NCBI RefSeq assembly: GCF_001642725.1
Contig: NZ_LSUQ01000018.1
Coordinates: 1 to 49,097 of the forward strand
Reading direction: 5' to 3'
Length of the DNA: 49,097 bases
Origin: Ferroacidibacillus organovorans
GTDB taxonomy: Bacteria > Bacillota > Bacilli > Alicyclobacillales > SLC66
This document shows, in pieces, positions 43,139 to 49,097 of the stretch. The notes beneath the pieces are model-generated. The model made no database searches. It worked only from the letters and a program-made list of their open reading frames with translations, and was not told the DNA's origin. The position numbers and the translations under genes were made by a program. Numbering within the stretch: the first letter of the stretch is position 1; every line of letters begins with the position of its first letter.

Positions 43139-43549
43139 TCAACCGTCCTCACGCTTGTTCAGGCGTTGTTTTTCAAGCGGAACCACACATGTACCGCTCG
43201 CCTCCGCCACAAGCTGAGGCGGCGCCACAACACACGCCGCAGACGGTTGGGCTGGATCGCCTAGCGAAGTGACCACCTTATGAACTTGAAACTCCATGCG
43301 CCGCGAAGTGCGCCCACTATGTACAATTCGACCTGTCGCCTCCACGTAATCCCCTCCGTAAACAGGCGCCAGAAACGTCACGCGATCATAAGCGCAAAAT
43401 AGCCCCTCATCCCCATCGTGGCGGATCAAGAGCTCTGTGGCGACATCCCCAAACAGTTGCATCATGCGCGCGCCATCGACGAGATTGCCCGCGTAATGCG
43501 CATCTGCAGAAGACAGCCGCACGCGCAACATCACAGTTTCATCCAACAC
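43139..43549 (-). CDS. kal: 3-aminobutyryl-CoA ammonia lyase (hotdog fold)
   Basis: [57 protein letters not shown] 43549 overlaps the spo0F end. Confidence 0.88.
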   Translation of the reverse strand: MLDETVMLRVRLSSADAHYAGNLVDGARMMQLFGDVATELLIRHDGDEGLFCAYDRVTFLAPVYGGDYVEATGRIVHSGRTSRRMEFQVHKVVTSLGDPAQPSAACVVAPPQLVAEASGTCVVPLEKQRLNKREDG

Positions 43550-43916
43550 GCGGCACAACCCCCACCTGCGACGCGATAAAGCGGCGCAATTCATCAATGT
43601 CAAACGGCTTTGTAAAATGACCTACTGCACCGTGTGCGATCGCTTCTTTGACAAACCCCAACTCACCGTACGCTGTCATCATCGCGACCTTCACGTGGGG
43701 CTGCACTTGGCGCAACCCCTTTAAGATTTCAAGACCATCCATCCCCGGAATTTTCATATCAAGAAGAACAAAATCAAATGATTTCTTTTGAAGCTGATCC
43801 AATGCTTCTTTGCCGTTTGCGGCAAGTTCCACATGATATCCTTCACGCTCTAAAACCTCTTGCAAAAGAATACGAATGCCAAACTGGTCATCTACGACAA
43901 GAACACGACGTGCCAA
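43539..43916 (-). CDS. spo0F: Sporulation phosphotransferase Spo0F (single receiver domain)
   Basis: [43 protein letters not shown]; synteny between pyrG and fbaA. Confidence 0.95.
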   Translation of the reverse strand: MARRVLVVDDQFGIRILLQEVLEREGYHVELAANGKEALDQLQKKSFDFVLLDMKIPGMDGLEILKGLRQVQPHVKVAMMTAYGELGFVKEAIAHGAVGHFTKPFDIDELRRFIASQVGVVPRVG

Positions 43917-43988
43917 GACCGTTTCCCTCCCTTCGCAAAGGTTGAATCCAGACCTGTCACCTACAATTGTAAATGTTCACATTTAATT

Positions 43989-45758
<1,770 letters not shown>

Positions 45759-46283
45759 TTAAAATACATCTTCGTCCTCTGCGTCATCTTCCACGTCAAC
45801 TTCTTCTTCAACTTCCGGTCCCTCTTCGATAAAGTCGGCTTCCGCGTCAATTTCATCTTCTTCATCCGCGAAAGGCGCATCATCGTCACCAAATGTATAG
45901 GGTGGTTCTTCATCCAACAATTCTTCATCAATCTCGACGATTTCTTCATCATCTTCATCATCGAAACCGAGTACTTCTTTGCGAACAAACCGTTTTCCTG
46001 CGCCACGTTCCGCCGCTTTATCAAGCGGATACCAACTGCGCAATCCCCAGACATTGTCGCCAATGCAAACAAATCGCACATCAATGTTGATATCGGTATA
46101 CAGGCGGGCAATGACCATGTTGATCTCTTCTTGCGTCAAGCCTCTCAGTTCTGCCACTTTTGCCATCAAATCACGATAATAGTAAGGTTCTTTCCCTTGC
46201 AAAAGAATTTGATACGCAATATCCACCAACGGAATCTCAAGCAACGCTTCACGATCACGATCAACGCGCAATGATTCTGCCAT
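45759..46283 (-). CDS. rpoE: RNA polymerase delta subunit
   Basis: RLYTDINIDVRF...WGLRSWYP and highly acidic C-terminal tail; ATG 46283 after GGAGGTG. Confidence 0.96.
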   Translation of the reverse strand: MAESLRVDRDREALLEIPLVDIAYQILLQGKEPYYYRDLMAKVAELRGLTQEEINMVIARLYTDINIDVRFVCIGDNVWGLRSWYPLDKAAERGAGKRFVRKEVLGFDDEDDEEIVEIDEELLDEEPPYTFGDDDAPFADEEDEIDAEADFIEEGPEVEEEVDVEDDAEDEDVF

Positions 46284-46486
46284 CGTGCACCTCCATGACT
46301 GCCTCACTTCATCCCAATATTAAAGCATATCGAATGCGCAAACTCAATCCCACTCTGATAAGATTTTTATGTACATGACCCATAATCTGTTTTATTTTTA
46401 GAAATCACAAATCGATTGCACATATTCTATTTAAATTCGAACCGCAATCCCTGCGTAACCATTGTATTGTGTGTAAAAGTGCATAG

Positions 46487-46512
46487 GCTCGAGTCTACAT
46501 TCAGACTCGAGC
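46487..46512. repeat. Perfect 10-bp inverted repeat (hairpin) downstream of the enolase-superfamily gene
   Basis: GCTCGAGTCT-N6-AGACTCGAGC; no U-tract directly after the stem on either strand. Confidence 0.6.
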
Positions 46513-46557
46513 AAGAAAAAAAATGAGTATCCAAAGGAAGTTCCACTTAAATCTACA

Positions 46558-47658
46558 TTACAGTGCTTGAAATCTTTTTAACATTTTTCGATCTAGTTCC
46601 ACTCCCCATCCGGGTTTCTCTGATAGATTCTGATAACCTCCACAAATGTTTAACCCCTCCACAAGTAAATTCGATCGAAACGGGTTATCGTTCATATCCA
46701 CTTCAAGCCAAGGGGACTGCGTTATGGCATTAAAGTGACTGGACGCCACAATCGATAAAGCGGTACCAAAAACATGTGGTACCACTGTGATACCCTGATC
46801 TGCACACCATTTCACAACTTCTAGGGCAGAAGATAGACCGCCCATTTTAGTAAGATCTGGCTGGATATAATGAGCTGAACCTGCGTCCACTATTTGGTGA
46901 AATTCATTCCCATAGAGATTTTCCCCTACAGCAATGGGAAGAGATGACTGTGCTGACAAACGTACCAAGCCATCTTTATCATCTGCGGCCAACGGCTCTT
47001 CAATCCAGCAAGGGTGATATGAAGCCAAATCCAAGAAAATTTTTAGCGCTTCGTCTAGCGTCCATCCTTGGTTCGCATCCAGCATGAGATGTCGGTCTCC
47101 CCAAATATCCCGCGCATGTTTGACTGCACGAATGTCCGATTCGTAGTCAAACCCAATTTTCACCTTGACCGCCTGATATCCTAGTTCAATTGCCTCGTTC
47201 AGGCGTTTTTCAATGTCATCGGGGGCAATGCCACTACCATATACTCTAACTTGCTTGTGAGTACCACCGAGTAATTTGTATACAGGAACGTGTTTCGATT
47301 TTGCGACAACATCCCAAATAGCAAGGTCTACTGCACTAATTGCCTGTAATATTGGCCCGACAGCTCCCCATTGGCGGGCTATTACGCTGAACAGCGACTT
47401 CAACCATGTGTTGAATGCCTTCGGATCACTTACATCGGACCCAATAATTCGTTCACAAATAGCGTTTAGCGTTGCCGTACGCTCCTGAAGTCCCCACTGG
47501 GGGTAATTTATCCAAGACTCTCCCCAACCAGATATTCCGTCGTCTGTGCTCAGTTCAAGTATACAAGCCTGCCTACTTTTCATCACTCCGAAGGAAGTTA
47601 CAATAGGTTTCTCTAAGGGAACACTAAGTGGATAGACCTTAAATCCCGTGATCTTCAA
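46558..47658 (-). CDS. Mandelate racemase/enolase superfamily enzyme (sugar-acid dehydratase or lactone cycloisomerase-like)
   Basis: KxK (KVKIGF), metal ligands in DANQGW / EEP / GEN, QPD, VPHVFGT, EVD...NPFR; TTG after AAGGAG. Confidence 0.9.
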   Translation of the reverse strand: MKITGFKVYPLSVPLEKPIVTSFGVMKSRQACILELSTDDGISGWGESWINYPQWGLQERTATLNAICERIIGSDVSDPKAFNTWLKSLFSVIARQWGAVGPILQAISAVDLAIWDVVAKSKHVPVYKLLGGTHKQVRVYGSGIAPDDIEKRLNEAIELGYQAVKVKIGFDYESDIRAVKHARDIWGDRHLMLDANQGWTLDEALKIFLDLASYHPCWIEEPLAADDKDGLVRLSAQSSLPIAVGENLYGNEFHQIVDAGSAHYIQPDLTKMGGLSSALEVVKWCADQGITVVPHVFGTALSIVASSHFNAITQSPWLEVDMNDNPFRSNLLVEGLNICGGYQNLSEKPGWGVELDRKMLKRFQAL

Positions 47659-48919
47659 ACGTAGAAACTCCTTTTCTCGAAAACATCACAAGAGTAGCCA
47701 TCAGGATGGCCGCCAAAATCATGCACACAGAAAGAACCAAGTAACCTCGAACAAAGTTATGTGTTGCACCCAAAAAAGCTCCGAACAACGTTGGTCCAAT
47801 GAAACCGCCGAGGTTCCCAAATGCATTAATAAAACCCATGGCGGGTCCTGCCAATTCCTTCGGCAACATGGTGGAAGGGATTGCCCACAACGGGCCTTGC
47901 CTTCCAAAGAATCCCGCCACAGAAATCGATAGCAAAATAATCGTGATAAACCAAGCGTGGGTACCTGTAAAAGAAGTAAGGAACATACTTACTGCCGCCA
48001 AGACCAGGCTCAACACAACAAACCGTATATGTTTTTGCGTCTTGTCTGCCAGATAGCCAAACAAAACCATTGCAATCATAGCCACGACATACGGAATGGC
48101 ACTGATGAAGCCAACCCACTGAATACCTTTTCCACTAAGTTGCCCCATAATCGTGGGAAGCCATAGCAGTACCCCGTATCCACCAATGATAGAAAGAATG
48201 TAGACGAGTGAAAGCATGATGACGGTTGGATGAAATGCCCAAGTACGCCAACCTAGATTTGATACACGTTGACGACGAGCTTCTTCTTCTAAATGCAATC
48301 TAGACACCAAGTACTTTTTGGCATCAATCGACAACCATGACACCTTTTCCGGACTGTCCTCAATTAAAAACCACCATGGGATGACCCATACAAGCGCCGG
48401 AATGCCCTCCAGAATAAACATCCATCTCCAGTCAAGATGCGAAATTAAAACGCCGGACAACGGACCTGAAATTGCCCCTCCGAGCGGCAGACAAAGCATC
48501 CAAATTGCGCTGGCCCTTGCGCGTTCCTCTGCAAGAAACCAGTTGCTTAACAAGACTAACGTTGCCGGCCAGATTCCACCTTCGGCAAGGCCGAGCAATA
48601 ATCGGGTGATGTATAATTGCGTCGCGTTTTGAGAAAAACCAGAAAGCATCGCAAAAATTCCCCACAAGACCAGCAATACGGAAATAAAGCGCTTACTTCC
48701 AAAACGAACTGCCCATTTACCCGCAGGAACTTGGAACAAAAAGTAACCTATAAAAAAAATTCCGGCCGTTATCCCAGCAGCCGTAGCGCTAAGATGAAGA
48801 TCCTTTCTCATATGTGGTAGGGCGACGGCAACATTCATCCTGTCTATGAATGAAATCGTATACATGATTACCGCTACAAAAACGACTTGAGTCCATCTAC
48901 GTCTAAGCGTCTTATCCAT
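47639..48919 (-). CDS. MFS transporter, anion:cation symporter (sugar acid/tartrate-like)
   Basis: SFIDRMNV, GIFFIGYFLFQVP, RLLLGLAEGG, ERARA, WRWMFILEGIPA, NAFGNLGGFIGP; overlaps the start of the enolase-family gene. Confidence 0.9.
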   Translation of the reverse strand: MDKTLRRRWTQVVFVAVIMYTISFIDRMNVAVALPHMRKDLHLSATAAGITAGIFFIGYFLFQVPAGKWAVRFGSKRFISVLLVLWGIFAMLSGFSQNATQLYITRLLLGLAEGGIWPATLVLLSNWFLAEERARASAIWMLCLPLGGAISGPLSGVLISHLDWRWMFILEGIPALVWVIPWWFLIEDSPEKVSWLSIDAKKYLVSRLHLEEEARRQRVSNLGWRTWAFHPTVIMLSLVYILSIIGGYGVLLWLPTIMGQLSGKGIQWVGFISAIPYVVAMIAMVLFGYLADKTQKHIRFVVLSLVLAAVSMFLTSFTGTHAWFITIILLSISVAGFFGRQGPLWAIPSTMLPKELAGPAMGFINAFGNLGGFIGPTLFGAFLGATHNFVRGYLVLSVCMILAAILMATLVMFSRKGVSTFEDHGI

Positions 48920-48965
48920 CCTTTTCCCTTCTTCCCCCATTCAATAATTATCTTAATGTTCCGCT

Positions 48966-48982
48966 TGATATATGATATATCA
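48966..48982. promoter_or_regulatory. Palindromic candidate repressor operator upstream of the MFS gene
   Basis: Perfect TGATATAT-G-ATATATCA palindrome about 50 nt upstream of the start codon. Confidence 0.55.
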
Positions 48983-49097
48983 TTTTTTGGTTAAATACTA
49001 CCCCTAGGCTATCCATTTAACACAATCGATCAAGTCCGAGATGTGGTGTAAATTCGCCCCTCGGTAGAGATTGAGTTATGTCAACTTATCTTGGTGA

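Noticed and set aside
46487..46523. Canonical intrinsic terminator after the enolase-family gene
   Set aside because: The U-tract precedes rather than follows the stem on the minus strand; recorded only as a hairpin.

Overview
Core-chromosome segment of a fairly GC-rich, spore-forming Bacillales bacterium (Alicyclobacillaceae-like, by inference), read almost entirely on the minus strand. It follows the B. subtilis rpoE-pyrG-spo0F-fbaA-tal-glpX-rho-rpmE-prfA-prmC-spoIIR-ywlC/D/E/F/G-glyA-upp-atp-ywzB-ywmB-murA backbone, with an 11-subunit nuoABCDHIJKLMN operon (no nuoEFG) after atpC. Departures from this backbone: (1) a plus-strand operon between glyA and upp encoding a UgtP/MGDG-synthase glycosyltransferase, an LtaA-like flippase and a deacetylase-YkoP fusion, a candidate aminoglycolipid pathway; (2) an intact transaldolase-family gene with its catalytic residues replaced; (3) kal-kce coupled to spo0F; (4) dapL in the murAB slot; (5) an uncharacterised radical SAM gene and an orphan secreted-peptide ORF between rho and rpmE; (6) a small Zn-ribbon ORF before the atp operon; (7) an acyl-CoA dehydrogenase-fold gene after nuoN; (8) an ambiguous nuoA start (CTG, or a slippery G6 run); (9) an AT-richer sugar-acid catabolism segment at the right end. 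No rRNA, tRNA, CRISPR array or IS element was seen. All assignments come from motif recognition and synteny; no searches were run.
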